Source: Lentilitoribacter sp.
GTDB taxonomy: Bacteria; Pseudomonadota; Alphaproteobacteria; Rhizobiales; Rhizobiaceae
NCBI GenBank assembly: GCA_963691785.1
Contig: OY829371.1
Location: 795,254-859,253 of the forward strand
DNA length: 64,000 bases
Direction: 5' to 3'
The position numbers were made by a program, and so were the translations under genes. The number at the start of each line of letters is the position of its first letter. The first letter of the stretch is position 1. The notes under the pieces were generated by a model that was given only the letters and a program-made list of their open reading frames with translations, had not been told where the DNA came from and made no database searches. This document shows, piece after piece, positions 35,722-47,020 of the stretch.

Positions 35722-36776
35722 GAAATGCGTTTCTCGCTTTCCTTATCAAAATAATGAACGCGATCAGCGTCGACTTTAAAGTGCATAAGGTCACCTTTTG
35801 AATTTGATGCGAAATCTTCTGTCTTTACAATGAATTCAGAATTATCATCGCGGATTAAGTGTGCAATGATATGATCACCCAAACGCTCGATTAATTCAAG
35901 CTTGCCGCTAATGACTGCCTCTGATTTTTCACACGCAATAAGATGTTCAGGGCGGATACCGACGGCAACGTCACCGGCTGGTGTATTTTCAAGATCACCA
36001 ACGCTCTTGTCGCCACCAATGGAAACAGTTTTGCCATCGACTTTGGAGTTGAAAATATTCATCGCCGGGCTACCGATAAATTGAGCCACAAACAGATTGT
36101 CAGGCTTGTTATAAAGGTCCATTGGTTTACCAACTTGCTCAACATAGCCGAGACGCAAGACGACAATTTTATCCGCAAGTGTCATCGCTTCAACCTGATC
36201 GTGCGTCACATAGATCATGGTTGCGCCGAGACGCTCATGCAAGCGCGCAATTTCAAGTCGTGTTTGTCCGCGAAGCGCAGCATCAAGGTTTGACAAAGGC
36301 TCATCAAATAAGAATACCTCAGGCTCACGGACGATCGCGCGCCCAATGGCGACGCGTTGCCGCTGTCCCCCCGATAGAGCCCGAGGTGTTCTATCTAGAT
36401 AGTCGACGATATCAAGCACTTTTGCAGCTTGTTGTACACGTCGGTCAATTTCGTCCTTTGGCGTTTTGGCCTGTTTAAGTCCAAATGCCATATTGTTGTA
36501 AACTGTCATATGTGGATACAGCGCATAGGTCTGGAACACCATGGCAACACCACGTTTTGATGGCGCAACTTCGTTGACAACAGTGTCACCGATGGAAATT
36601 TCACCGCCTGATATTTCTTCAAGGCCCGCGATCATGCGCAGCAAGGTGGATTTACCGCAGCCTGAAGGCCCAACGAAAACGACAAATTCGCCATCTTCGA
36701 TATCAAGATTTACACCGTGCATGACCTCGACTTCGCCATAGGCCTTGACCACATCTCTGATTGTTAAACCCGCCAT
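35718..36776 (-). CDS. smoK: polyol ABC transporter ATP-binding protein
   Basis: GPSGCGKS, LSGGQRQR, FDEPLSNLD; cluster context. Confidence 0.85.
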   Translation of the reverse strand: MAGLTIRDVVKAYGEVEVMHGVNLDIEDGEFVVFVGPSGCGKSTLLRMIAGLEEISGGEISIGDTVVNEVAPSKRGVAMVFQTYALYPHMTVYNNMAFGLKQAKTPKDEIDRRVQQAAKVLDIVDYLDRTPRALSGGQRQRVAIGRAIVREPEVFLFDEPLSNLDAALRGQTRLEIARLHERLGATMIYVTHDQVEAMTLADKIVVLRLGYVEQVGKPMDLYNKPDNLFVAQFIGSPAMNIFNSKVDGKTVSIGGDKSVGDLENTPAGDVAVGIRPEHLIACEKSEAVISGKLELIERLGDHIIAHLIRDDNSEFIVKTEDFASNSKGDLMHFKVDADRVHYFDKESEKRIS

Positions 36777-38197
36777 TTTAATTCCATTTCTGTTATTGCA
36801 TTTGTTAAACCAGTGACAAATTCAGGATATTGATTTGGCAAATCCGCCCAGAGGCGTTTTGAATGCACAAATTCCGTTTCATTGCCCGGTTTGACAAGCG
36901 GTTCTAGTAAATCCCAGTAAGCTTCATGATAAGGAATGGGCATGCTGCCCTCGGCGGTACGTCGTGCAAAAACGTACCAGCTGGCAACACAATCAAATCC
37001 ATGCACTGGTGTTATGCCTTGTTGAAGGCAGGATTCGAGCGTCGGTCTGATGAAGACCGGCATTTTAGAAAAGCCATCCATGCAAATACGCTCGAGTTGA
37101 TCCGCAATTGCGCCATTTGAAAAGCGCTTTGCGATCATTGCCAGATAATCATTTTTATCCAGCGGAAGTTCCATATTTAAACCTGGCAGAACTTCTTTGA
37201 TTTCATAATCATCAAAAAACTTGCGAAGTTTTGGGTCGGCAAATGCTTGATCATACGTATCGTGGCCCGCTAATGCGCCAAGATAGCAAAGCCCGGTATG
37301 CCCACCATTTAAGATGCGAATTTTGGTTTCTTCGTATGGATCAACATCATCAACGATTTCGACACCAACTTTACCAATGTCCGGCATTGGTGCGCAGAAA
37401 TTACGTTCCACCACCCATTGCGAAAACGCCTCACCGTGGATCGGATCGTAATGACCAACACCAAAACTCGCAGCAATTTCTTGATAGAGAGTTTCATCTG
37501 CGCGCGGGGTAATACGATCCACCATTGAGCAGGGGAAGCTCACATTTTTTTCGACCCAGCTGAGCAGATCATCTTCGTTCTTGAGCGCGAGATAGTGCTT
37601 AAAATTATTCTCCAGCATGTGTCCGTTCGAACGAATATTGTCACAACAAAGAACGTTCGCGGGTGAGCCCGTTTCCTGAAAGCGGCGCTTCAATCCGTTT
37701 AATAAAAATGCATAGATCGACGATTCACGCTCACCAGAAATTTCTTCTGATATCAGCGGATCATGAGTGTTGAGAGAGAAATCATCATTCAGATAATATC
37801 CGCTTTCTGTGACCGTGATCGTGATCATATGCACATTGGAATTGGCGACCGCATTTTCAGCGCTCACCGCATCTTGCGACCAATCTAAAAACTGGCAATG
37901 CGAACGAACAAGACGCAATTCCTTATGACCCTCAGGTGAGGTGGTCTTGAGTATATAGCCATTTTCGACCTGGGATGAGTTCGCAAAAGACGATGATTCC
38001 CCAGCTCTTAAGTTAATCGCCGTTATGCCCCACCTTAGATCACCAGATTGCTCCATGTAATCATCAATATAAACAGCTTGATGCGCACGATGAAACGCAC
38101 CATAGCCCACATGGACAACACCAAGTGAACATTGCGAGCGGTCATAGCGCGTCGCAATGAGTTCGGGATTTGACTGATCGATTGAGGCTAACGTCAT
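36764..38197 (-). CDS. mannitol dehydrogenase family protein (mannitol/D-arabitol 2-dehydrogenase)
   Basis: HVGYGAFHRAHQA, TVTESGY, CCDN, SMVDRITP, KIRILNGGH. Confidence 0.92.
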   Translation of the reverse strand: MTLASIDQSNPELIATRYDRSQCSLGVVHVGYGAFHRAHQAVYIDDYMEQSGDLRWGITAINLRAGESSSFANSSQVENGYILKTTSPEGHKELRLVRSHCQFLDWSQDAVSAENAVANSNVHMITITVTESGYYLNDDFSLNTHDPLISEEISGERESSIYAFLLNGLKRRFQETGSPANVLCCDNIRSNGHMLENNFKHYLALKNEDDLLSWVEKNVSFPCSMVDRITPRADETLYQEIAASFGVGHYDPIHGEAFSQWVVERNFCAPMPDIGKVGVEIVDDVDPYEETKIRILNGGHTGLCYLGALAGHDTYDQAFADPKLRKFFDDYEIKEVLPGLNMELPLDKNDYLAMIAKRFSNGAIADQLERICMDGFSKMPVFIRPTLESCLQQGITPVHGFDCVASWYVFARRTAEGSMPIPYHEAYWDLLEPLVKPGNETEFVHSKRLWADLPNQYPEFVTGLTNAITEMELKWRV

Positions 38198-39090
38198 GAG
38201 CTTGCCTTCTGCTTTGGTGCTAGCTCATTCAAAGCAATGTCTCGATACTCGGATGGCGTCATGTCTTTCATTTTAAGGAACTGTCTGTTGAAATTAGCCA
38301 GGTTTTGAAAGCCGACTGCAAAGCAAATAGCTGAAACCTGATCATCGGTTGAATAGAGCATTGAACAGGCTTGGCTAATCCGAATGCGATTAACAAATTC
38401 TACGAATTTATTGCCTGTAAAACGTTGGAAGTTTCTCGAAAAAGCAGCCGGACTCATACCCGCCATGTTCGCTGCCATATCGATAGATATGTCTTCAGAA
38501 TAATGTTCAGATATGTAGTCGACGACCTCCGCGATACGCGCTTGTTTAGAATTACCTTCAGGCTGGATCATCCCAGCGACAGACAGTGCACGCTTCTCGG
38601 CATGCTCGTTAACGCGAACCAAGAAACGCAAAAATGCGACGATGCGTTCTGCTCCTTTGGTTGAGCGAATACGTTCAAAATGACCTTTGGCAAAGGTTGG
38701 ATTAAAGCCCGTGAATTCAATTCCGGATTTTGCCATTTCAAACATCGCGTCCATTTCGCGAAATTCTGGAAAGGCAACGGCCAACTGATCAATGCTTTCT
38801 TGGCTGAATTGCACCAGCATGTCGCGGATTTCAACAGGTTGTGGATCCGCAACTTCGTCGGTGATCCAGTTATGCGGTAAATGTGGTCCGGTCAGGAACA
38901 ACGAACCTGGCGAAAATTCACCAATATAATCACCCACAAAGGCTTTGCCGCGTGTGGCAACCACTAAATGAAGCTCATATTCGGGATGACTGTGCCAGCG
39001 ACACAAATCCGTCGGCCATCCGTGTTCAAGATAACGAATGGTTTCCGTTGCGCGATCAACATATTCAAACTCTGGCAGAATAATTGACAT
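38194..39090 (-). CDS. AraC-family regulator (MtlR-like)
   Basis: WHSHPEYELH cupin domain and double HTH (GFQNLANFNRQF). Confidence 0.9.
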   Translation of the reverse strand: MSIILPEFEYVDRATETIRYLEHGWPTDLCRWHSHPEYELHLVVATRGKAFVGDYIGEFSPGSLFLTGPHLPHNWITDEVADPQPVEIRDMLVQFSQESIDQLAVAFPEFREMDAMFEMAKSGIEFTGFNPTFAKGHFERIRSTKGAERIVAFLRFLVRVNEHAEKRALSVAGMIQPEGNSKQARIAEVVDYISEHYSEDISIDMAANMAGMSPAAFSRNFQRFTGNKFVEFVNRIRISQACSMLYSTDDQVSAICFAVGFQNLANFNRQFLKMKDMTPSEYRDIALNELAPKQKASS

Positions 39091-39093
39091 CGA

Positions 39094-39861
39094 TTACCTC
39101 AAGACATTCCCACCATCAACGCTGAGTGTTTGCGCAGTGATGTATTGCGATTGATCTGAGGCAAGAAATACAGCTGTACGTGCGACGTCTTCAGGTTTTC
39201 CCATGTAACCCAAAGGAACTTCTTCACCCACTTCACGCTTCTTTTGACCGATCTCTTTGTTTTCGAATTTTGCGAAGAGCGCATCAACGTCCTTCCACAT
39301 CGGTGTATCAATAACACCAGGTGAAATAGCATTAACGCGGATTTTATAAGGCGCAAGCGCCAATGCAGCAGATTGCGTATAGCTGATAATGGCTGCTTTT
39401 GTGGCGCAGTAATGCGCAACCAAAGCTTCACCCCTGTGGCCAGCCTGACTTGCCAGGTTAATAATAGAGCCTTGCTTGCCTTCTTTAACCATCGATTGAG
39501 CAGATGCTTGCATCACTGCATAGGCAGAACGAACGTTGAGCCCAAACAAACGATCATATTGTTTCAAGTCCGCTTCGAGGACATTTCCCATATCAAAGAT
39601 AGCCGCATTATTAAAAATAACGTCCGGATTCATCTCTGCAATCCAATCGGTGCATTCAGCAAGGCCATCATCGGACAAAAGATTCAGCCCGCGATATTCG
39701 CTCTCGCAATTACCGGTAAAGCTATCGCCAATATCAGTGGTAAACACTCGAGCCCCAAGTGCTGCAAAATGTTCAGCAGCTGATGCGCCGATGCCGCCAT
39801 TGGCACCGGTCACAAAGCAATTCTTTCCTGACAAGTCAGTCGGGGCAGGATTAAGGGTCAT
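39094..39861 (-). CDS. SDR sorbitol/L-iditol dehydrogenase (PolS/SmoS-like)
   Basis: TGANGGIG, NNAA, QAGHRGEALVAHYCATKAA, VDGG. Confidence 0.85.
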   Translation of the reverse strand: MTLNPAPTDLSGKNCFVTGANGGIGASAAEHFAALGARVFTTDIGDSFTGNCESEYRGLNLLSDDGLAECTDWIAEMNPDVIFNNAAIFDMGNVLEADLKQYDRLFGLNVRSAYAVMQASAQSMVKEGKQGSIINLASQAGHRGEALVAHYCATKAAIISYTQSAALALAPYKIRVNAISPGVIDTPMWKDVDALFAKFENKEIGQKKREVGEEVPLGYMGKPEDVARTAVFLASDQSQYITAQTLSVDGGNVLR

Positions 39862-40703
39862 TTAACAGCCCCAAATGTTAGACCTTGTACAAGCTGCTTC
39901 TGACAGAACCAACCAAGCACCACAATCGGACCCACGGCTGCCATAGACACCGCAGACAGTCTACCAAAGAACAAGCCCTCCGGAGCGCGGTTACCCTCGA
40001 TAAGCTTCGACAAAGTTGCTGCTTCCGTCGTTGTCAGGCGCACAGTCCAATAGGCTTCGTTCCAGCAGAAGATAAAGCAAAGCAGAGCGGTTGAGGCCAA
40101 GCCACCCCAGGCAAGCGGGAGAAGAATGTCTTTGATCTCGCCCCAAGTGCTGACACCGTCCATTTTACCCGCTTCAATAATCTCTTTCGGGATCTCTTTG
40201 AAGTAAGTAAAGAGCATCCAAATCACGATCGGCAGGTTAATCAAGCTCAAAACTATGATGATTAAAAAATGCGTATCAAACACACCCAGAAAGTTCTTCG
40301 TTAAGAACGTCATCGGATAAAGCACAGCGGCAGCAGGCAGCATTTTTGTCGACAGCATCCACATCAAGATATCTTTTGTGTGACGGCTTGGGTTAAACGC
40401 CATCGCATAAGCTGCCGGCACGCCTACAAATAATGTGAAGCCGGTCGCAAATGTTGTGGTGATGACCGAATTGGCTGCAAAGCGCCAATAGTCGTAGTTT
40501 TCCGCCATGTTGAGATAGTTATCTAGCGTTGGTGTAAAAAAGAACAAGAATTCAGGCTTCACCGCATCGGCATCTGTTTTGAAGCTGGTAAAGGCCAGCC
40601 AGAAGATTGGAAAGAAGAAGAGCAATCCAACCACCCATGCCATCGTTGGGCGCATGATATTACCAAATTTAGAAGATTGAGAAACAATAGCCATATCAGT
40701 CAC
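39858..40703 (-). CDS. smoG: polyol ABC transporter permease
   Basis: TM segments, EAGKMDG, KQLVQGLTFGAVK. Confidence 0.85.
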   Translation of the reverse strand: MTDMAIVSQSSKFGNIMRPTMAWVVGLLFFFPIFWLAFTSFKTDADAVKPEFLFFFTPTLDNYLNMAENYDYWRFAANSVITTTFATGFTLFVGVPAAYAMAFNPSRHTKDILMWMLSTKMLPAAAVLYPMTFLTKNFLGVFDTHFLIIIVLSLINLPIVIWMLFTYFKEIPKEIIEAGKMDGVSTWGEIKDILLPLAWGGLASTALLCFIFCWNEAYWTVRLTTTEAATLSKLIEGNRAPEGLFFGRLSAVSMAAVGPIVVLGWFCQKQLVQGLTFGAVK

Positions 40704-41657
40704 CTAGTCCATTAAGCTCTTGCCAATCATGCGCAGCAAGAAAAACGCAACGATATTGGCGAGGATGACAGCAAAGATACCAGTCGCACTCGCAGCTCCA
40801 ATATTGTTAGACGCAAACTCACCGATAAGATAAGGCAGGTTTTTATTCCCGTTTCCGCGGCTGACAATTTCAATCTCGGCATATAGCGAGAGATGGAAAA
40901 TCGACTGGATCATGATCACGATCGCAATCGGCCGTGCCAGGTGTGGGATTGTTAAATTTCGGAATTGAGACCATGCATTGGCACCATCAAGCACCGCAGC
41001 CTCCTTCTGCTGCTGATCTTCAGATTGCAAGGAAGTCATAAAGATTAGCACAGCAAATGGTGTCCATTGCCACGTCACCATAATGATAACAGCATAGGCA
41101 GATGTTTGAGTTGCCCGGAATGAAATGGGTTCAATTTCCGGCCATAATTGGAAGAAACCGCCGATGAGTGGAAGGCTTTTCATTCCGGCAATGATCTCGT
41201 TGATACCAGCAACAGCCAAACCGTTAAGACCAAGCACAGGATCAAGTATCATGTTGATCCACAAAACTGCATTCACCGCAGGCATCACGAAAAATGGTGA
41301 TATCAGTAGTACGCGCACAATGCCGCGACCTGGGAATGATTTGTTGATCAAGACCGCAATGGCAAGACCAAGTGTCACGGTGAGGATCAGGATCGATCCA
41401 ACAATGAATAAACTGTTGGAGACCGCAAACCAGAAGTCTTTGGCGTTAAAAAGTACATATTCGTAGTTACCAAGGCCACGCCAATTGCTCAGGCTCGGCG
41501 TCGTCCATTCTGGGCGGCGATTACTGTTTAGAACATAACGAATAAAAGAGAAATAAAGGGTCATAGAGAGCGGAACAAGCATCCAGACCAATAATAGCAA
41601 CACAGCGGGCGTTTGCAGCAGTCGCGGGAGCGTTCGTTTTGTAGACATCGTTCTCAT
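40704..41657 (-). CDS. smoF: polyol ABC transporter permease
   Basis: TM segments, WQWTPFA, EAAVLDGA. Confidence 0.85.
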   Translation of the reverse strand: MRTMSTKRTLPRLLQTPAVLLLLVWMLVPLSMTLYFSFIRYVLNSNRRPEWTTPSLSNWRGLGNYEYVLFNAKDFWFAVSNSLFIVGSILILTVTLGLAIAVLINKSFPGRGIVRVLLISPFFVMPAVNAVLWINMILDPVLGLNGLAVAGINEIIAGMKSLPLIGGFFQLWPEIEPISFRATQTSAYAVIIMVTWQWTPFAVLIFMTSLQSEDQQQKEAAVLDGANAWSQFRNLTIPHLARPIAIVIMIQSIFHLSLYAEIEIVSRGNGNKNLPYLIGEFASNNIGAASATGIFAVILANIVAFFLLRMIGKSLMD

Positions 41658-41827
41658 ACCCCTATTGGGAGCGTAGGCTCCTTATTGAAAAACGGATTTT
41701 AGTTGAAGGTATTTCCAACCTGGCGCCACAGTCTAGTGTGACCCAACCCAAAGAAACAATCAAATGCTTCTCAGGATGAAAATCCGGCGGCAGATGCCAC
41801 CGGACTTCACGTTTAGTTAGCTAATGC

Positions 41828-43111
41828 TTAGTAGTAGCCTGCTTCTGACATAATCGCATCAGCAGCTTTTTGGGCAGCCGCTAGAGCGTCGTCTACAGAC
41901 TTAGCACCTGAAAGAGCCGCAGCCATTTCTTGTGCAACAGCAGAACCAACTTCTGGGAACTCAGGGATCGCAGCGAACTGAACACCTACATATGGCTTCA
42001 GGTCTGTTGCTTCCGGAGCAGCTGATTCAATCGCAGCCATTTCAGCGGCAGCGAACTTCGCAACAGCTTGGAACTCAGGGTATGCATATGTTGATGCACG
42101 TGTACCTGTTGGTACTTTGCCCCAACCAAACTCTGGGTGATCAGCAACTGCTTTGATGTACTCTTTTGAAGTTGACCATTCGATGAATTTTTTAGCTTCA
42201 TCTGAGTTTGGTGAACCTGCAGGTACAGCCATTGCCCATGCCCACAACCAGTTTGCACCAACTGGGTTACCAGCATTTGGTGACTGAGCGTATGCAACAC
42301 CGTCAACTTCTAGGAATGACGCAGCAATTGTCGCATCAATCCACATGCCACATTTACCTTCGTTGTAAAGAGCAAGGATTTCGTTGAATGAGTTACCTTC
42401 TGAACCTGGAGGTCCGTAGTTACCCAATAGATCAACGTAGAAGTTAATTGCAGCTTTCCATTCAGCTGATTCAAGCTGTGGTTTGAAGTCTTTATCGAAC
42501 CAAGCACCACCGAATGAGTTCACAACAGTTGTGATAAACGCCATGTTATCACCCCAGCCTGGCTTACCGCGCAAACATGCACCGTAAACGCCTGCATCTG
42601 GGTTATGCATAGCAGCTGCAGCTTTTTTGATGTTATCCCATGAATCATTGTCAGCAACTGTAACACCAGCTGCGTCGGCTAGATCTTTACGATACATAAC
42701 CATTGAAGATTCACCGTAGAATGGGGCAGCGTAGAGTGTGCCATTGTGTGACAAACCATTACGCATAGCTGGCAACATATCATCAATGTCATAATCAGCA
42801 CTGAATTCTAGTGCTTCAATCCAACCTGCTTCACCCCAAATTGGAGCTTCCTGCATGCCGATATTGATGATGTCATACTGACCACCGCCTGTAGCAGTGT
42901 CGGAAGTTACTTGCTCACGCAAGACGCCTTCTTCCAAAGAAACCCAGTTTAGCTTAACGCCAGTTTCTTCAGTATACTTCTCAGCAACTTTCTGCATGTT
43001 AATCATGTGACCGTTGTTCACGATCGCAATTGTTAACTCAGCAGCAGTAGCTGTAAGTGCTGTTGATGTGCACAGTGCAAGGGCGATTGCACCTTTCCTA
43101 ATTACTTTCAT
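41828..43111 (-). CDS. smoE: sorbitol/mannitol ABC transporter binding protein
   Basis: Signal peptide, EGVLREQVTSD, PFYGESSM, LRGKPGWGDN, QFAAIPEF. Confidence 0.88.
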   Translation of the reverse strand: MKVIRKGAIALALCTSTALTATAAELTIAIVNNGHMINMQKVAEKYTEETGVKLNWVSLEEGVLREQVTSDTATGGGQYDIINIGMQEAPIWGEAGWIEALEFSADYDIDDMLPAMRNGLSHNGTLYAAPFYGESSMVMYRKDLADAAGVTVADNDSWDNIKKAAAAMHNPDAGVYGACLRGKPGWGDNMAFITTVVNSFGGAWFDKDFKPQLESAEWKAAINFYVDLLGNYGPPGSEGNSFNEILALYNEGKCGMWIDATIAASFLEVDGVAYAQSPNAGNPVGANWLWAWAMAVPAGSPNSDEAKKFIEWSTSKEYIKAVADHPEFGWGKVPTGTRASTYAYPEFQAVAKFAAAEMAAIESAAPEATDLKPYVGVQFAAIPEFPEVGSAVAQEMAAALSGAKSVDDALAAAQKAADAIMSEAGYY

Positions 43112-43869
43112 AAATTCCTCCCTGGAAATAGACGCCCCATGCGTCTTGAGAAAATCATCGTTTAAAACATGCGCACTCGTCTAATATTTTTATTGCTATG
43201 ATATATACTATTTTGTCAATTATTTCGCTGTTTTATTAAAAAATATGATGTTTTTGTACAAGCGCACGGTATTTATGCAGTATTTGAGCTGTTTCTCGAC
43301 GTTGAGATTTTGTGACCTGAGGAGCTCAATTGTCATTGACGCACTGCAATATAAGGCTTTGATTCATTTTATAACGTGACGTTCAAAAATCTGATTTTAG
43401 AAAATGCATGTTCTGAAAAAGGTGAAAAAAGTATCACCATCTAGCGGCGCATAAAAAATAAGCAATCAGACTAAGAGTATTTGTTGCCTGAAACACTCAT
43501 GGAGAAACTAAGTATAAGGCAAAAATTTCAGGAAAACTTCGAACAATTTTGGTTAGTCTGAAAAGTGATTTGCGACAAAATGGAACTGCCTAATAAGTTC
43601 GGATAAGGCAGGATAACTTTTGATGCCGTGAATATACCTGATAATATAAAAGAGTTGGTTGTACCCACCGTGTGCCCACAATGCGGGACAATTATTCAAA
43701 AAATCACAAGTTAATTCGATTTAAACCGATTAGAATTTGTCAGGCCTATTTGCAAGCGAGCTGACTTTATGTATGCATCCCTATCACTTTACATCAGTGA
43801 ACTGTTGGGTGCCAATCCAAAACAATTTTCCGAGGTGAGAAGAGAAGCCTCGGATTGATAGGAAAAGAC

Positions 43870-45438
43870 ATGACCATAATTGGAACGCCGAAAGAATCAG
43901 TGAAGGATGAAAATCGCGTCGCGATGACACCGCAATCTGTCAAAGAACTTCAAAAACTTGGCTATGATTGCATAATTCAAAGTGGAGCAGGCGACGCTGC
44001 TCGTTTTTCAGACGCTGACTATAAAGACGCGGGTGCTAGTGTCGTTAAGACAGCAAAAGACCTTTGGGACAAAGCCGATGTTGTTGCCAAGGTTCGTCCG
44101 CCGAGCGCAACTGAATCTAAAAAAATGCGCGACGGCCAAACCGTCGTTAGTTTCGTGTATCCAACGGATAATGAAAAGCTGATGAAAACTGCAGCCGAAG
44201 CCGGCAGCACATTAATTGCAATGGATATGGTGCCACGTATTTCTCGTGCACAGAAAATGGACGCATTGTCCTCCATGGCAAATATTGCGGGTTATCGCGC
44301 TGTTGTTGAAGCAAGTAATAATTTCGGTCGTTTCTTCACCGGTCAAATTACAGCAGCTGGTAAAGTACCGCCTGCAAAAATCATGGTGGTCGGTGCTGGT
44401 GTTGCAGGTCTTGCTGCCATTGGCGCTGCGCAAAGCATGGGCGCTATTGTTCGTGCCTTTGATGTGCGTCCGGAAGTTGCTGAGCAAATTGAATCCATGG
44501 GTGCTGAATTCCTGTTCCTTGATTTTGAAGATAATCAGGATGGTGCAGGTACTGGCGGTTATGCGGCGCCATCTTCCCCTGAATTCCGTGAAAAGCAATT
44601 GGCGCTCTTCCGTGAGCAAGCCCCTGATGTTGACATCGTTATCACAACGGCTTTGATCCCGGGACGCGACGCACCAAAGCTTTGGCTTAAAGACATGGTT
44701 GAAGCCATGAAGCCAGGTTCCGTTGTTGTCGACTTGGCTGCAGAGCGTGGCGGTAACTGCGATCTGACGGTAAAAGATGAGAAGATTGAAACTGAAAATG
44801 GTGTGACGATTATTGGTTACACAGACTTCCCAAGCCGCATGGCAACTCAGTCTTCAACGCTTTATGCAACCAATATCCGCCATATGATGACCGATCTGAC
44901 ACCTGAAAAAGATGGTGTGATTGTCCATGACATGGAAGATGACGTGATCCGCGGTGCAACGGTTGCCCATAAGAAAGAGATTACCTTCCCACCGCCAAAG
45001 CCAAAGATTGCAGCGATTGCTGCTGCCAAACCGAAAGAGCCTGAAAAGACTTCGGAAGAACTGGCAGCAGAAGAAGCAGCCGCCTTTAAAAAGGCAACGA
45101 AACAACAAGTTGGCCTACTGTTAGCGGGTGGTCTTCTTGTGCTCGGTGTTGGTACTGTTGCGCCAGCAAGCTTCATGCAGCATTTCATTGTGTTTGTCTT
45201 GGCCGTATTTGTTGGCTTCCAAGTTATTTGGAATGTAAGCCATTCCCTACATACACCTTTGATGGCTGTGACCAATGCGATTTCATCGATCATCATCTTG
45301 GGTGCATTGATGCAAATCGGGTCTGGGTCCTTCCTCGTTATTCTCCTTGCTGCATTATCTGTCTTTATGGCGAGTTTGAATATCTTTGGTGGCTTCCTCG
45401 TCACGCGTCGCATGCTTGCCATGTTCCAGAAGTCTTAA
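43870..45438 (+). CDS. pntA: NAD(P) transhydrogenase alpha subunit (fused dI plus TM)
   Basis: RAQKMDALSS, GAGVAGL, HSLHTPLMAVTNAISS. Confidence 0.96.
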   Translation: MTIIGTPKESVKDENRVAMTPQSVKELQKLGYDCIIQSGAGDAARFSDADYKDAGASVVKTAKDLWDKADVVAKVRPPSATESKKMRDGQTVVSFVYPTDNEKLMKTAAEAGSTLIAMDMVPRISRAQKMDALSSMANIAGYRAVVEASNNFGRFFTGQITAAGKVPPAKIMVVGAGVAGLAAIGAAQSMGAIVRAFDVRPEVAEQIESMGAEFLFLDFEDNQDGAGTGGYAAPSSPEFREKQLALFREQAPDVDIVITTALIPGRDAPKLWLKDMVEAMKPGSVVVDLAAERGGNCDLTVKDEKIETENGVTIIGYTDFPSRMATQSSTLYATNIRHMMTDLTPEKDGVIVHDMEDDVIRGATVAHKKEITFPPPKPKIAAIAAAKPKEPEKTSEELAAEEAAAFKKATKQQVGLLLAGGLLVLGVGTVAPASFMQHFIVFVLAVFVGFQVIWNVSHSLHTPLMAVTNAISSIIILGALMQIGSGSFLVILLAALSVFMASLNIFGGFLVTRRMLAMFQKS

Positions 45439-45451
45439 GGGGAGAAGTTAA

Positions 45452-46894
45452 ATGAGTATTGGTCTTACTACGGCTGCATATGTTGTTGCAGCAGTCCTCT
45501 TCATTCTGTCCCTTGGTGGTCTGTCAGGACAAGAAAGTGCGAAGCGCGCGGTTTGGTATGGTATTGTTGGGATGGCTTTGGCTGTTCTTGCAACATTGAT
45601 GGGTCCAGGATCTGGTCTTTGGTATTTGTCTATACCGCTCATCATTGGTGGTGGTGTCATTGGTTATATGGTCGCCCAGCGTGTTCAAATGACAGAGATG
45701 CCGCAACTTGTTGCAGCCATGCACTCGCTCGTAGGTCTAGCGGCTGTATTTGTTGCCTTCATTGCGCATTTTGAAATAGATAATGTGCGTTATGCGCAAG
45801 AAGTCTCTGGTGAAGATGTAAAATCACTTGGCGCTTTTGCAGCTTTAATTGCCAAGAAGTCAGCGGTTGAAATCAACATTCTTCGTGTTGAATTATATCT
45901 CGGTCTATTCATCGGTGCGATCACATTCACCGGTTCTGTTATTGCCTTTGGTAAGCTTGCCGGCAAGGTGACATCGGCCGCTGAAAAGCTACCAGGTGGC
46001 CATGCGCTTAATGCTGGCGCTGCGATCATCTCGTTGATCTGTTTGATCTGGTATTTCAACACCGGTGGTCTTTTGCCGCTCATCATCATGACAATCATGG
46101 CGCTGTTTATCGGTTACCATTTGATCATGGGTATCGGTGGCGCTGATATGCCAGTTGTTGTGTCCATGCTGAATTCATATTCTGGTTGGGCTGCAGCAGC
46201 GATCGGTTTTTCATTGGGCAACGACCTTCTCATTGTGGTTGGTGCGCTTGTGGGTTCATCCGGTGCCATTTTGTCCTACATCATGTGTAAAGCGATGAAC
46301 CGTTCGTTCATTAGCGTTATTCTTGGTGGCTTTGGTGGTGCCTCTGGTCCTGCGATGGAAATTGAAGGCGAGCAAATCGCCATCGATGCAGATGGTGTTG
46401 CAACAGCCCTTGATGAAGCTGATAGCATTGTCATCGTGCCAGGTTACGGCATGGCGGTTGCCCAAGCTCAGGCTTCGATTTCCGAGCTAACAAGACGCCT
46501 TCGCGCAAAAGGCAAAGAAGTTCGTTTTGCCATTCACCCAGTTGCAGGTCGTTTGCCTGGTCATATGAACGTGCTATTGGCGGAAGCCAAAGTACCATAT
46601 GACATTGTGATGGAAATGGATGAAATCAACGATGATTTCCCAGACACTGATGTGTGTATCATTGTTGGTTCCAACGACATTGTGAACCCAGCAGCACAAG
46701 AAGATCCAAATTCTCCAATTGCCGGCATGCCTGTATTGGAAGTATGGAAAGCCAAACAAGTGTTTGTGTCAAAACGTGGTCAGGGTACTGGTTATTCTGG
46801 CATCGAGAACCCGCTTTTCTTTAAAGAGAATACGCGCATGTTCTATGGTGATGCGAAACAGTCTGTCGACATGTTGCTGCAGAAAATTTCATAA
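45452..46894 (+). CDS. pntB: NAD(P) transhydrogenase beta subunit
   Basis: [40 protein letters not shown]. Confidence 0.96.
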   Translation: MSIGLTTAAYVVAAVLFILSLGGLSGQESAKRAVWYGIVGMALAVLATLMGPGSGLWYLSIPLIIGGGVIGYMVAQRVQMTEMPQLVAAMHSLVGLAAVFVAFIAHFEIDNVRYAQEVSGEDVKSLGAFAALIAKKSAVEINILRVELYLGLFIGAITFTGSVIAFGKLAGKVTSAAEKLPGGHALNAGAAIISLICLIWYFNTGGLLPLIIMTIMALFIGYHLIMGIGGADMPVVVSMLNSYSGWAAAAIGFSLGNDLLIVVGALVGSSGAILSYIMCKAMNRSFISVILGGFGGASGPAMEIEGEQIAIDADGVATALDEADSIVIVPGYGMAVAQAQASISELTRRLRAKGKEVRFAIHPVAGRLPGHMNVLLAEAKVPYDIVMEMDEINDDFPDTDVCIIVGSNDIVNPAAQEDPNSPIAGMPVLEVWKAKQVFVSKRGQGTGYSGIENPLFFKENTRMFYGDAKQSVDMLLQKIS

Positions 46895-46918
46895 TTCGGT
46901 CTTTCCAGTTAGATTTAT

Positions 46919-46952
46919 AAGGCGAGGGCGGTTGATCCGCCCTCGTTTTTTA
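46919..46952 (+). terminator. intrinsic terminator after pntB
   Basis: CGAGGGCGG-TTGAT-CCGCCCTCG followed by TTTTTT. Confidence 0.85.
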
Positions 46953-46958
46953 TGCCGA

Positions 46959-46972
46959 TTGATCTGGCTCAA
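46959..46972. promoter_or_regulatory. FNR/FixK-type box
   Basis: TTGAT-CTGG-CTCAA centred about 55 bp upstream of the VIT1 start. Confidence 0.6.
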
Positions 46973-47020
46973 GGTACTCATCCATCTACTATCCTACGCT
47001 GGTGACAGATTGGAGAGGAT

